A DNA stretch of 64,000 nt, taken from positions 3,664,017 to 3,728,016 of the forward strand of contig CP070727.1 in NCBI GenBank assembly GCA_020350885.1. The letters run 5' to 3'. The notes beneath the pieces are model-generated. The model had not been told where the DNA came from and searched no databases. It was given only the letters and a program-made list of their open reading frames with translations. This document shows, in pieces, positions 18,645 through 27,931 of this stretch (position 1 is the first letter of the stretch; each line of letters starts with the position of its first letter). This DNA comes from a bacterium (GTDB taxonomy: Bacteria > Krumholzibacteriota > Krumholzibacteriia > Krumholzibacteriales > Krumholzibacteriaceae). A program made the position numbers and the translations under genes.

Positions 18645-19991
18645 ATGAGCGGTGACATCGGTAAAGTAGAGCGTGGGGAATGGAGCTCCCGCGTGGGCTT
18701 CATACTCGCCGCCGCCGGTTCGGCGATCGGCCTCGGCAACATATGGCGTTTTCCCTACGTGACGGGTCAGCACGGCGGAGCGGCGTTTCTCGTTCTCTAT
18801 CTTCTATGTGTCCTCGTTGTGGGCCTCCCCATCATGGTGGCGGAGCTTACGATCGGACGGTTCAGCCGCCGGAATCCCGTCGGCGCAATCGAGGTGATCA
18901 GACCCGGAAGCCCCTGGAAGATAGTGGGTTACATGGGTGTTCTGACCGGGATCTTCATCCTCTCCTACTATTCCGTGATGGCGGGATACACACTGGGGTA
19001 TATCGGCAAGACCGTTGCACGCAGCCAGATCACATTCGCCGATTTCACCGCCAATGCCTGGATCAGCATCCCCCTCTTCCTGGCATTCTCGGTCCTGACG
19101 GTCCTGGTCGTTCAAGGCGGCGTCAGGGACGGGATAGAGCGCTGGGCCAAGATACTCATGCCGGTGCTACTCTGTCTTCTCGTCGTTCTCATCATCCGCG
19201 CCGTTACACTCGAGGGAGCCGGGGCCGGGCTCTCGTTCTATTTAAAACCCGACTTCAGTAGGGTGACCATAAAGACGGTGCTGGCGGCCCTCGGCCAGGC
19301 CTTCTTTTCGCTGAGCCTGGGAATGGGGGCGATGATCACGTATGGGAGCTACCTCTCAAAGAAGGACAATATCGTGACATCGGGTTGCTACGTCGCCCTG
19401 TTCGATACGTTGATCGCCGTCATGGCCGGCCTCATCATCTTTCCGGCTCTCTTCGCCATGCACATGGATCCGGCCGAAGGGCCAGGGCTCGTCTTCGTAG
19501 TTTTCCCGAAGATCTTCGCCGCCATTCCCGGCGGAAACGTCATCGGGATGGGATTTTTCCTCCTGCTCTCCATCGCCGCCCTGACCTCGACGGTGTCACT
19601 CCTCGAGGTTGTCACGTCGTACCTCGTCGATGAGAGGCACTGGCTCAGGCGGCACGCCGTCTGGATCGTGGCCGGCTTATGCTTCTGTCTGGGCGTTCCG
19701 TCGGCGCTCTCGATGGGTATCGTACCGGCACTCGGCGATCTCCCGATACCGGGCGGAAGCATCCTCGGATTCATGGATTGGCTCTTCGGGAACATGATGC
19801 TTGCCGTCGGGGCGGTTCTCATATCGATATTTACCGGCTGGGTATGGAGGGTCTCGAGGGCCGCCGCGGAGATCACGATCGGCTATCCGGGATTCGGACG
19901 CATATCCGTGATACTCTCGTTCATGCTCAGATTCATCTGTCCCGTTCTGATTCTCGTCGTGCTCGTCTTCCTTATACTTGACGCGTTCTGA
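18645..19991 (+). CDS. Sodium-dependent transporter, NSS/SNF family
   Basis: W.SR.GFILAAAGSAIGLGNIWRFPY, GQAFFSLSLGMG, GPGL.F motifs. Confidence 0.95.
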   Translation: MSGDIGKVERGEWSSRVGFILAAAGSAIGLGNIWRFPYVTGQHGGAAFLVLYLLCVLVVGLPIMVAELTIGRFSRRNPVGAIEVIRPGSPWKIVGYMGVLTGIFILSYYSVMAGYTLGYIGKTVARSQITFADFTANAWISIPLFLAFSVLTVLVVQGGVRDGIERWAKILMPVLLCLLVVLIIRAVTLEGAGAGLSFYLKPDFSRVTIKTVLAALGQAFFSLSLGMGAMITYGSYLSKKDNIVTSGCYVALFDTLIAVMAGLIIFPALFAMHMDPAEGPGLVFVVFPKIFAAIPGGNVIGMGFFLLLSIAALTSTVSLLEVVTSYLVDERHWLRRHAVWIVAGLCFCLGVPSALSMGIVPALGDLPIPGGSILGFMDWLFGNMMLAVGAVLISIFTGWVWRVSRAAAEITIGYPGFGRISVILSFMLRFICPVLILVVLVFLILDAF

Positions 19992-20048
19992 CATGCAACG
20001 GGTACAGGACCCGTGAAACAGGGAGAGCCTACGCAAACGGAGTGATAC

Positions 20049-21758
20049 ATGGACGCTGTGAAGAACGTCATCGATTTCGTCTATGAGTATGTCTGGGAAT
20101 TTCCAAAGGCCCTTCCCTATTTCGTCGTCCTGCTTCTCGGTACCGGTATCTTTCTCACAATCCGGATGCGTTTCATACAGGTCCGCAAGCTGAATCACAG
20201 CATCGCCGTGATCGCAGGATTCTACGACAATCCCGAGGATACGGGAGAGATAAACCATTTCCAGGCCCTCTCCGCCGCTCTCTCGGCCACGATCGGAATC
20301 GGTAACATCGCCGGCGTCGCAACGGCGATCCATTACGGGGGACCGGGAGCACTCTTCTGGATGTGGATCACGGCCATATTCGGCACGACATCGAAGTTCG
20401 TCGAGTGTACCTTGAGCATGCACTACCGCCAGGTACATCCCGACGGGGTCGTCTCTGGCGGCCCCATGTACTACATCGAGAAGGGCCTCGGTAGCAAATG
20501 GAAACTCCTTGCCATCATGTTTGCCGTCTGTGCCGTGATCTCGTCCTTTGGGAGCGGTAACAGCGTGCAGGCATTCACCGTGGCCGACTCCTTCCGGAGC
20601 GACTTCGGTATACCCACCTGGATAACCGGCTCGGTGATGGCGGTGCTCATCGGCCTCGTTATTATCGGCGGAATCAAACGGATTGGGATGGTGGCCAGCC
20701 GCCTGGTGCCATTCATGTCCGCCATTTACTTCATCGGCGCCGTAACGGTGCTGCTTATCCATGCACGGTTGGTACCGGAGGCGTTCTCCAGTATCATACA
20801 CGATGCCTTTCATCCGCGGGCGGAGGTGGGAGGATTCCTCGGTTCGACATTCATCTTCACGCTTGTATGGGGAGTCAAGCGGGGTATCTTCTCGAACGAA
20901 GCGGGTCAGGGAAGTGCTCCGATCGCCCACGCGGCCGCCAAGACCCAGGAGCCGGTTCGTGAAGGGATCGTCGCAATGCTCGGCCCGTACATCGACACAC
21001 TCCTTATCTGCACACTCACCGGTCTCGTAATCGTTACCGTGGGGGTCTGGAAGGACAAGAAGATCGATACGATCCCCTTCACGAACAAGGAAGAGATAAG
21101 CGTTTTGAAGACGGGCGGGAGGATATATAAAAATGGCGAGATCCTCGATGAGGACCTCTTCGTCGGAAGCTTCGCCGTCATCGACGGTAAGGCAAAGCAT
21201 GTAATCTTCTCGAAGAACAGCAGTACCGTGGACGACGCCATGCTCATGTACGACGACAAGCCGTTCAGCGGTCTCGCGACCGTGGACGAGGAAGAGGAGG
21301 TCCTCTTCAGGGATTCGGAGGGCACCGAAGTCCCGGGATCGGAGATCCAGCTTCGTGGTGCCTTTCTGCAGAACGGGTCCCCCCTTACTGCATGGGCGTT
21401 TAAACGTGGCCTTTCTCCGATCGGGAGCTGGGGGAACTATATCGTCACCATCGCCGTCTTCCTCTTTGCAATATCCACAGCCATCTCATGGTCGTACTAC
21501 GGCGATCGGAGCATCGAGTATCTTCTCGGATCACGGGCCATCCTTCCGTACCGCGTGATCTTCTGCATCGTGCATTTCCTCGGAGCAATCTTCTCGCTCG
21601 AGATCGTCTGGGGATTCGGAGACACGGCACTCGGCCTCATGGCCATACCAAACCTGATCGCCATTATCGTGCTCTCAGGAGTGACACGGAAACTAACCCT
21701 CGATTACTTCACCCGGTCGCACAAGCGTTATAAAGATTCACTATTCGGCAAACGGTAG
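20049..21758 (+). CDS. Alanine/glycine:cation symporter (AGCS) with large loop insertion
   Basis: ATIGIGNIAGVA, GGPGALFWMW, GGPMYYI, RGIFSNEAGQGSAP, SWSYYG, MAIPNL motifs. Confidence 0.95.
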   Translation: MDAVKNVIDFVYEYVWEFPKALPYFVVLLLGTGIFLTIRMRFIQVRKLNHSIAVIAGFYDNPEDTGEINHFQALSAALSATIGIGNIAGVATAIHYGGPGALFWMWITAIFGTTSKFVECTLSMHYRQVHPDGVVSGGPMYYIEKGLGSKWKLLAIMFAVCAVISSFGSGNSVQAFTVADSFRSDFGIPTWITGSVMAVLIGLVIIGGIKRIGMVASRLVPFMSAIYFIGAVTVLLIHARLVPEAFSSIIHDAFHPRAEVGGFLGSTFIFTLVWGVKRGIFSNEAGQGSAPIAHAAAKTQEPVREGIVAMLGPYIDTLLICTLTGLVIVTVGVWKDKKIDTIPFTNKEEISVLKTGGRIYKNGEILDEDLFVGSFAVIDGKAKHVIFSKNSSTVDDAMLMYDDKPFSGLATVDEEEEVLFRDSEGTEVPGSEIQLRGAFLQNGSPLTAWAFKRGLSPIGSWGNYIVTIAVFLFAISTAISWSYYGDRSIEYLLGSRAILPYRVIFCIVHFLGAIFSLEIVWGFGDTALGLMAIPNLIAIIVLSGVTRKLTLDYFTRSHKRYKDSLFGKR

Positions 21759-21865
21759 CCCCATCCCGGACCACCGGAGCCGGCAGACCGACCACATCGT
21801 AAGAGTAAAAACCTAAATTAGTTAAGATATTGCTGACGGATAAAAAGTAATGCGGCTTTGACTCA

Positions 21866-21894
21866 TTGACAGTATTGAAAAAACCGTATATAAT
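21866..21894 (+). promoter_or_regulatory. Perfect consensus sigma70 promoter
   Basis: TTGACA(21866-21871)-17 nt-TATAAT(21889-21894). Confidence 0.85.
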
Positions 21895-21900
21895 GGAAAT

Positions 21901-22074
21901 GGAGGTCCCTGCTGGAATGGTGAGAAGGTTTGTCTAGGATAAAATAAAAACCGCGGGCTCAACTCTATATTTGATAGAGAGACCCTCGACGACCTACCAC
22001 GTTACAGCGGGGACATCTTTATGTGCTCACACTGTCGCGTGGGTTTACGAACCACACGGTGTGGGTATTTTTTT
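21901..22074 (+). ncRNA. Candidate structured small RNA (6S-like closing stem; family not established)
   Basis: Lies between a consensus promoter and an intrinsic terminator with no credible CDS; 5' GTCCCTGCTGGAATGGT pairs with 3' ACCACGTTACAGCGGGGAC; A-rich unpaired segment; apical CTCTAT/ATAGAG hairpin. Confidence 0.65.
22023..22074 (+). terminator. Intrinsic terminator
   Basis: GTGCTCACACTGT/ACGGTGTGGGTAT stem with plus-strand G-U pairs, inner GTGG/CCAC, followed by T7. Confidence 0.75.
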
Positions 22075-22099
22075 ATGGGGAAGGGTGTGTGGTACCGGT

Positions 22100-22702
22100 C
22101 TATTCTTCGTACTTATCCACGAGCCCGTCACGCAACCAAACATACCGCTTCTTGGTCTGCTGACGGGGATCCTTGAAAATCCACTGCTCCTCAAGAACTC
22201 CGCCGAGTTCGGTGCTTTTCATCTCGTCCGGATACCCCCAGGACTCGAGCGCGGCCTGTCGCTTCATACCCTTGAAGATCTCGTGATTGAATATCGCCTT
22301 GGCCGTCTTCTTTCCGTATCTTCGAAGGTTCATCCGGTACCGGTATTCGGGTTTCTTGAACCAGAAGAGCCTGCCCATCTTCTCCTCGAAGATTTCCTTG
22401 GTGATCGGCCGTTCGAGATTGAGATGGTGCCTGATCCGCTTCCTGCCCGGCCCCTTCACGGTGACGGCGCCGCTCCAGTGCATATCGAGACCTACGATCA
22501 TAACCTTCGTATCACGGTCGATAATCCCACCACCCTTGCTGTCTATGAGAAGGGATCTCGTCCAAGCTGTTCTCCCGCTGTAGTGGTCTTTCAGAGAATC
22601 CATGTCGTGGATGGGGATATCCTTCCTGATGTTATCGATCACCTTACAGCCTGCTAACACCACAATGAGAATAAGGGCGAACAGACATGTTCTTTTACCC
22701 AT
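22100..22702 (-). CDS. Hypothetical lipoprotein with C-terminal SmpA/BamE-like motif
   Basis: Lipobox LAGC; SD AGGAGGAG; GM...A..SWGYP...EQWIF. Confidence 0.8.
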   Translation of the reverse strand: MGKRTCLFALILIVVLAGCKVIDNIRKDIPIHDMDSLKDHYSGRTAWTRSLLIDSKGGGIIDRDTKVMIVGLDMHWSGAVTVKGPGRKRIRHHLNLERPITKEIFEEKMGRLFWFKKPEYRYRMNLRRYGKKTAKAIFNHEIFKGMKRQAALESWGYPDEMKSTELGGVLEEQWIFKDPRQQTKKRYVWLRDGLVDKYEE

Positions 22703-22784
22703 CGCTCGATCTCCTCCTTACCGTTTCATATCTGTATTAGCAGTACATAACATAGGAAGTGAATGCTTCTAAATCAAGTATTTT

Positions 22785-23147
22785 CTATGCGATTCCCTTC
22801 AGATGTCGAAGCACCATCCTATCTGCGGTCCGATCGATATCGATCGCCACTAGGTCGAATCGTATTTCGTCGTATTTGAGCAGGCCGCCGGATCGTGCCA
22901 GGATGATTCGGGCGGCTTTCCGTATATTCCGTAATTTATAGGGATTGATCGCCTCTACGGCACTGCCGTAGGAATCATCCCGCCGCATCTTGACCTCGAT
23001 GAAGGCGAGGCAGCCTCCATCGTCCGCCACAATGTCGATTTCACACCGGCCCGCCCGGGCATTCCGTTCGATGATCCGGTATCCCCTCAGCTCGAGATAG
23101 AGAGCTGCGATCCCTTCGCCGAGGATTCCCGGCGCACCCTCCACCAT
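22785..23147 (-). CDS. yraN: YraN family endonuclease-like protein
   Basis: GE.IA..YL..RGY.I..RN, EIDIVA, FIEVK.R, RFD motifs; start uncertain (GTG 23159 possible). Confidence 0.9.
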   Translation of the reverse strand: MVEGAPGILGEGIAALYLELRGYRIIERNARAGRCEIDIVADDGGCLAFIEVKMRRDDSYGSAVEAINPYKLRNIRKAARIILARSGGLLKYDEIRFDLVAIDIDRTADRMVLRHLKGIA

Positions 23148-23161
23148 TACGTCCACCACCC

Positions 23162-23788
23162 TTACCCGAGGGAGTTGACCTTGAAACTCCTCCTGTGGAT
23201 AGAAGTCCAACCATGTTCGCGGATAGCCTCTATATGTTGCCTGGTCCCGTACCCCTTGTTGCGACTGAAACCGTATCCTGCATACTCAGTGTCCTGCTCC
23301 CGCATGATCCGGTCCCGTGTAACTTTGGCGACAATCGAAGCAGCCGCTATCGAGAAGCTCCTTCGATCCCCCGCCTTCACCGCTCGTGCGGGGAGATTCA
23401 CGTCCGGGATGTGCCGGCCATCGATGAGCACCAGTACTGGCGCCGGATCGAGCGAGTTGATCGCTTCGGTCATCGCCTTGAGTGTTGCGTTGAAGATATT
23501 GAACCGGTCGATATCCTCGGGGCCGACGATCCCCACACCCACAGCCTCACTGAATCGCCGGATATTATCATACAACTCCTCGCGGAGCGGCTCGCTGACG
23601 AGCTTGCTGTCCCTCACCCTTGAAAGCCTGTCATGCGGCTTGCATATTACGGCCGCTGCGACAACGGGACCGGCAAGGGCCCCGCGCCCCGCCTCATCCA
23701 CACCGGCCAGCAGCTGCGAGGCGGCACCCGCCATGTCGCGATCGAAGCAAACCAGATCCTCGAAACAGATCCGGCCCCGGAGGGTCAT
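23162..23788 (-). CDS. rnhB: Ribonuclease HII
   Basis: [40 protein letters not shown] motifs. Confidence 0.97.
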   Translation of the reverse strand: MTLRGRICFEDLVCFDRDMAGAASQLLAGVDEAGRGALAGPVVAAAVICKPHDRLSRVRDSKLVSEPLREELYDNIRRFSEAVGVGIVGPEDIDRFNIFNATLKAMTEAINSLDPAPVLVLIDGRHIPDVNLPARAVKAGDRRSFSIAAASIVAKVTRDRIMREQDTEYAGYGFSRNKGYGTRQHIEAIREHGWTSIHRRSFKVNSLG

Positions 23789-24141
23789 CGATCCCCCTTC
23801 TCACTCTTCTCGGCGATCCGGGCCGCCTTTCCTCTCAGCTTGCGCAGATAGTAGAGTTTTGCCCTTCGGACCTTGCCTCGCCTGAGAACCTTGATGGATG
23901 TAACATTCGGCGAATGAAGTGGAAAGACCCGTTCCACACCTATCCCCTGGCTTATCTTCCTGACGGTGAACGTTTCCCTGACACCGCCCCCACGCCGCTG
24001 CATAACGGTTCCCTGAAAAGCCTGAACCCTTTTTCTGCCTCCCTCGACGACCTGCACATCGACCCGAACCGTATCCCCAACATTGAATTCGGGAACCGAG
24101 TCCTTCATATGCTTTGCCGAGATGTGATCGAGCATATCCAT
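23785..24141 (-). CDS. rplS: 50S ribosomal protein L19
   Basis: [37 protein letters not shown]. Confidence 0.98.
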   Translation of the reverse strand: MDMLDHISAKHMKDSVPEFNVGDTVRVDVQVVEGGRKRVQAFQGTVMQRRGGGVRETFTVRKISQGIGVERVFPLHSPNVTSIKVLRRGKVRRAKLYYLRKLRGKAARIAEKSEKGDR

Positions 24142-24231
24142 GACAACTCCTTACCTCTCTTGTCTGCACGCTGTATCGGTTATCCAATGAACATCGTATA
24201 TTCCAGGCAAACGGATTCCGTGTAGCTCCCG

Positions 24232-24960
24232 TCAATTCCTGGGATCCGGGTGCGTCGAATCATCCCCCTCCTTTATCAGGTCGGGCCTGAACCGGCGAGT
24301 CCGCTCGAGAGCTGAATGCTTTCTCCATTCATCGATCTTGGCATGGTTGCCCGAGAGAAGGATCTCAGGAACCGCAAGTCCCCGGTACTCGGGAGGCCTT
24401 GTATAGTATGCAGCATCGAGCTGGAAACGACGCATCGCCGAGAACGAATCCGACTCTCTCGATCGCTCGTCCCCGAGAACACTCGGCAGGTGCCGAACCA
24501 CCGCATCGGCAACGATGAGTGCGGGAAGCTCGCCGCCGCTCACGACAAAATCGCCGATGGATATCGCTTCGGTTACAACGAGATCGCTCACCCGCTCATC
24601 CACACCCTTGTACCGTCCACAGACGAAAACAATCTTGCGCTTCTCTGAGAGCTCTATCGCCTTTTTCTGATCGAAGATCCGTCCACTCGGGGAGAGCAGG
24701 ATCACCGGTACCTCGTCACTCTCATCGGCTGTTCGGACCGACTCGACCGCCTCTACAATGACGGGTGCCATCATGATCATCCCCGGACCGCCCCCGTAGG
24801 GGTAATCGTCGACTGTACCGTAGGCATCCACGGCGAAGTCACGAAGATTGACGACATTGTAAACTGCGGCATTTTTCTTTGCAGCGATGCCGAGTACACC
24901 CGTCTCGAGTACACCGGTGAACAGCTCTGGACAGATCGTTATGAAATGCATCTCTATCAT
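24232..24960 (-). CDS. trmD: tRNA (guanine37-N1)-methyltransferase
   Basis: VDD.PYGGGPGM, LSPSG, CGRY.G.DER, SIGDFV.SGGE, YTRP, LLSGNH motifs. Confidence 0.97.
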   Translation of the reverse strand: MIEMHFITICPELFTGVLETGVLGIAAKKNAAVYNVVNLRDFAVDAYGTVDDYPYGGGPGMIMMAPVIVEAVESVRTADESDEVPVILLSPSGRIFDQKKAIELSEKRKIVFVCGRYKGVDERVSDLVVTEAISIGDFVVSGGELPALIVADAVVRHLPSVLGDERSRESDSFSAMRRFQLDAAYYTRPPEYRGLAVPEILLSGNHAKIDEWRKHSALERTRRFRPDLIKEGDDSTHPDPRN

Positions 24961-24971
24961 GTCCATCAGTG

Positions 24972-25496
24972 CTACCACTTGAAATCCAGCAACCCCTGCG
25001 GCGGATTCACCTCCATGGTCCTCTCGTCGGGATTGACGCTTCGCACGACCTCCCCAACATCGGGGATGAGATACCGCTCACTCCCGCCCTCGACGATGAA
25101 GCAGTTCTGAGAATTGCCGATGAGCATATCAACCACCGTGCCCAGGCAAGAACCATCGGACAAGAGAACAGAAAAACCCATAAGCTGACAGGGAAGCAAC
25201 CTGGAAGGCCGCACCTCCTCTTCGAGCCCGTCCAGCGAAATGCGCAGCTCGAGACCGATGAGTGATTCCGCTTTATCGATCGAATCGATGTCCGACAATC
25301 TGAGGATGTACGTCCCCCCTTTGGTGCGGTACCGTTCGATTGATACCTCTCTGCAAACAGTGCCGTCGGAAACGAGCTCGTGGCCCGATGCATTGAGCGA
25401 TTCAGGCCAGAAGTCATAGCCCGGAAGCAGCTTTACTTCCCCCTTGAGACCGACCGCTTTCACTATTGTACCGAGTACTGCATACTGAGAGTCCAT
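24972..25496 (-). CDS. rimM: 16S rRNA processing protein RimM
   Basis: G.I.K..GLKGEVK N-terminus and PRC barrel; position in the rpsP-trmD operon. Confidence 0.92.
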   Translation of the reverse strand: MDSQYAVLGTIVKAVGLKGEVKLLPGYDFWPESLNASGHELVSDGTVCREVSIERYRTKGGTYILRLSDIDSIDKAESLIGLELRISLDGLEEEVRPSRLLPCQLMGFSVLLSDGSCLGTVVDMLIGNSQNCFIVEGGSERYLIPDVGEVVRSVNPDERTMEVNPPQGLLDFKW

Positions 25497-25505
25497 CGAG
25501 ACACC

Positions 25506-25751
25506 CTATTCGCGTATTTCGAGTAATACCTTCTCACCCATGCGGGTTGCCGCGGCGTTGACGAGCGCACGGAGCGCCTTGGCCGTCTGACCGCTTCTGC
25601 CGATCACCTTGCCCACATCCATTTTGTTGACGGAGAGAACAATGATGTGTGTATCGTCCCGCATCTCTTCGTTCACAACGATATGCTCAGGTCTGTCTAC
25701 CAGCATTTCGGATATCTTGTGAATCATCACCTTGATTTGTTCAACACTCAT
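25506..25751 (-). CDS. khpA: KH domain RNA-binding protein
   Basis: LVD.P..., D.GKVIGR.G.TA.A.R; located between rpsP and rimM. Confidence 0.9.
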   Translation of the reverse strand: MSVEQIKVMIHKISEMLVDRPEHIVVNEEMRDDTHIIVLSVNKMDVGKVIGRSGQTAKALRALVNAAATRMGEKVLLEIRE

Positions 25752-25802
25752 GGATCCTCAACTCCCTGTCACCATACACTCACAGTCGGGATTGTGTGTG
25801 GA

Positions 25803-26402
25803 TCATTCGCCTTTCGCCTCACCCTCGCCGATACTCTCCTCGGAGGGGGCTTCGGCTTCCGACTCGGGCTTGGCCGGTTTCGCTTCCTTCTTCTTTTCCC
25901 GACTGGCACCTGTTTTTTCCTCGGATTTCAATTCCTCGCCCGTCTCCGCGCTTCCTTCGAGCTTCGCTCCTTCATCGCCTGGAGCCTCGGAACCCGCCTC
26001 AACCTCTTCTGTTATCTCCGCATCCGACGCGGCTGTTTTCTTCTCCGAGGGCTCCTTCTCGCTCTTCGGCATGGGCCGTGGCTGCTTCTGGCGGCGCGCC
26101 TCGATCGTGGAATCGAGCTCGTGGATCTTCACCCCAGATTTAAGCAACTGCCAGCGTTCGAGCAATCCGGCCTTTTTCAGAACCTGCATTGCATTGGCGG
26201 TCGGCTTGGCACCGACATCGAGCCACTTGTAGACCTTGTCCTCATCGAGCTTGATCTCGGGAGGATCCGACATCGGATTGTAGTAACCGATCGTTTCGAT
26301 AAACCGTCCGTCACGCGGGGAGCGTTCATCCGCCGCAATGATACGATAGAAGGGCCTTTTCTTCGATCCCATCATCTTCATTCTGATCTTAACAGCCAAC
26401 AT
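25803..26402 (-). CDS. rpsP: 30S ribosomal protein S16 with long acidic C-terminal extension
   Basis: AVKIR...[27 protein letters not shown]. Confidence 0.97.
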   Translation of the reverse strand: MLAVKIRMKMMGSKKRPFYRIIAADERSPRDGRFIETIGYYNPMSDPPEIKLDEDKVYKWLDVGAKPTANAMQVLKKAGLLERWQLLKSGVKIHELDSTIEARRQKQPRPMPKSEKEPSEKKTAASDAEITEEVEAGSEAPGDEGAKLEGSAETGEELKSEEKTGASREKKKEAKPAKPESEAEAPSEESIGEGEAKGE

Positions 26403-26433
26403 GTACCTCCAGAATTGTTGTCCACCGTCATAT

Positions 26434-27756
26434 TCAAAGCTGTGGAAAATCCGCCGGTAATGCCTTTGACAGCTTTGTAAACCGTTTCATCATCTTCTTC
26501 ATCTGCTGGAACTGATTGAGCAGTCTGTTTACATCCTGTACACTCGTTCCACTTCCCGATGCAATCCTCCTCCTGCGCGAACCATCGATGAGGTTTGGTG
26601 ATCGACGTTCCTCGATCGTCATCGATCGTATGATCGCCTCGATCTTTTCAAGCTCCTTCTCACCGACATCCGACGCTGCGACCTTGAGCCCCTTCATCCC
26701 CGGTATCATTCCGATGAGTTGATCGAGTGGCCCCATTCGCTTAAAGCGTTGGAGCTGATCGAGAAAGTCCTCCAAGGAGAAGGTTTCCTTACGGAGCTTC
26801 CGTTCCAGCTCCTGCGCCTTTTTCTCGTCGATCGTCTCCTGGGCCTTATCGATGAGGGATAGCACATCCCCCATTCCGAGGATCCTGCCGGCCATCCGGT
26901 CGGGGAAGAACGGTTCGAGATCGCCGACTTTTTCTCCGGTCCCGGCAAACTTGATCGGTTTACCGGTGATCGAGGCCACCGAAAGGGCCGCTCCACCCCT
27001 TGTATCACCATCCAGCTTTGTTAGAACGACACCGGTGAAATCGACCTCTCCGAGAAAGCTCTTGGCAACGGCAACGGCCTCCTGCCCGGTCATGGAGTCG
27101 AGCACAAGAAGTATCTCCTCCGGTGCGAGAACCTCCTTAATGGAGCTGAGCTCCGCCATCATCTCCGTATCGATGTGGAGCCTGCCGGCGGTGTCCACTA
27201 TTATCGAATCGTTCAATCCCCGTTTGGCTTCACGTACCGCACCGTGAATTATCTCCGTTACCCCCATCCCGGCTCCCGGTGCATAGACGGGAGTGTTGAT
27301 CTGATCCCCGAGTATCTTGAGCTGGTCGATGGCAGCCGGCCGATAGATATCCGCGGCGACGAGGAGCGGTTTTCTCCCCTTCTTACCGAGGTGAACGGCG
27401 AGTTTCGCCGCGAAACTGGTCTTTCCCGAACCCTGAAGCCCCACGACCATTACACCCGCAGGGGCACCGGAGAGTACAAACGGTACCGGCTTCCCGCCAA
27501 GAACACGAACCAGTTCCTCGTGTACGATCTTTACGATGTGCTGATCGGGAGTCAGACTCTCCAACACCTTCTGCCCGAGGGCCCGCTCGTTGATATGATC
27601 GACAAAACTCTTTACAACTTTGTAGTTTACATCCGCTTCGAGGAGAGCTCTGCGGACCTCGCGCATCGCCGTCCGGATATGGCCTTCACGCACCTTTCCA
27701 TGGCCGCGCAGCTCCTTGAAGATCCGGGCAAACTTTTCGCTAAGGTCCTGGAACAT
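26434..27756 (-). CDS. ffh: Signal recognition particle protein
   Basis: [25 protein letters not shown] motifs and M-domain SRRRRIA.GSG. Confidence 0.98.
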   Translation of the reverse strand: MFQDLSEKFARIFKELRGHGKVREGHIRTAMREVRRALLEADVNYKVVKSFVDHINERALGQKVLESLTPDQHIVKIVHEELVRVLGGKPVPFVLSGAPAGVMVVGLQGSGKTSFAAKLAVHLGKKGRKPLLVAADIYRPAAIDQLKILGDQINTPVYAPGAGMGVTEIIHGAVREAKRGLNDSIIVDTAGRLHIDTEMMAELSSIKEVLAPEEILLVLDSMTGQEAVAVAKSFLGEVDFTGVVLTKLDGDTRGGAALSVASITGKPIKFAGTGEKVGDLEPFFPDRMAGRILGMGDVLSLIDKAQETIDEKKAQELERKLRKETFSLEDFLDQLQRFKRMGPLDQLIGMIPGMKGLKVAASDVGEKELEKIEAIIRSMTIEERRSPNLIDGSRRRRIASGSGTSVQDVNRLLNQFQQMKKMMKRFTKLSKALPADFPQL

Positions 27757-27820
27757 CGATACAAACTCCCGTTCATAAATGAGTCAAGGTAACACAATTT
27801 AAGGGTGTTGGCAAGATAAT

Positions 27821-27915
27821 TTGGCTCGGGAACACGGGAGCCGAGATACCGCAAATCCCCTGGTTGAACAGGGCTAATGGAAACCCTCCCGTTCCCGTAT
27901 TGTAAATGATGCGGG
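27821..27915. promoter_or_regulatory. Structured intergenic element between rpe and ffh
   Basis: CGGGAACACGGGAG (27827-27840) is complementary to CTCCCGTTCCCG (27886-27897); inner CCCTG/CAGGG hairpin; alternative hairpins possible. Confidence 0.45.
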
Positions 27916-27931
27916 TAGAATAGACCGGCCA

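Noticed and set aside
19677-21200. 507-aa minus-strand ORF
   Set aside because: Antisense shadow of the NSS/AGCS genes; no motifs. Long shadow ORFs are expected with this codon bias
21893-21937. Micro-ORFs MEMEVPAGMVRRFV / MVRRFV
   Set aside because: The first start lies in the -10 box; the second is 6 codons with its SD buried in the stem; no support for coding
21971-22657. 228-aa plus-strand ORF downstream of the perfect promoter
   Set aside because: TTG start without SD, crosses the terminator and is antisense to the lipoprotein gene
27821-27915. Resemblance to TPP, Moco or fluoride riboswitch fragments, or SRP RNA
   Set aside because: Core motifs (CUGAUC/AGGGA, GGAAAGG, SRP GGAA domain IV) are absent, and the plus strand has no downstream gene
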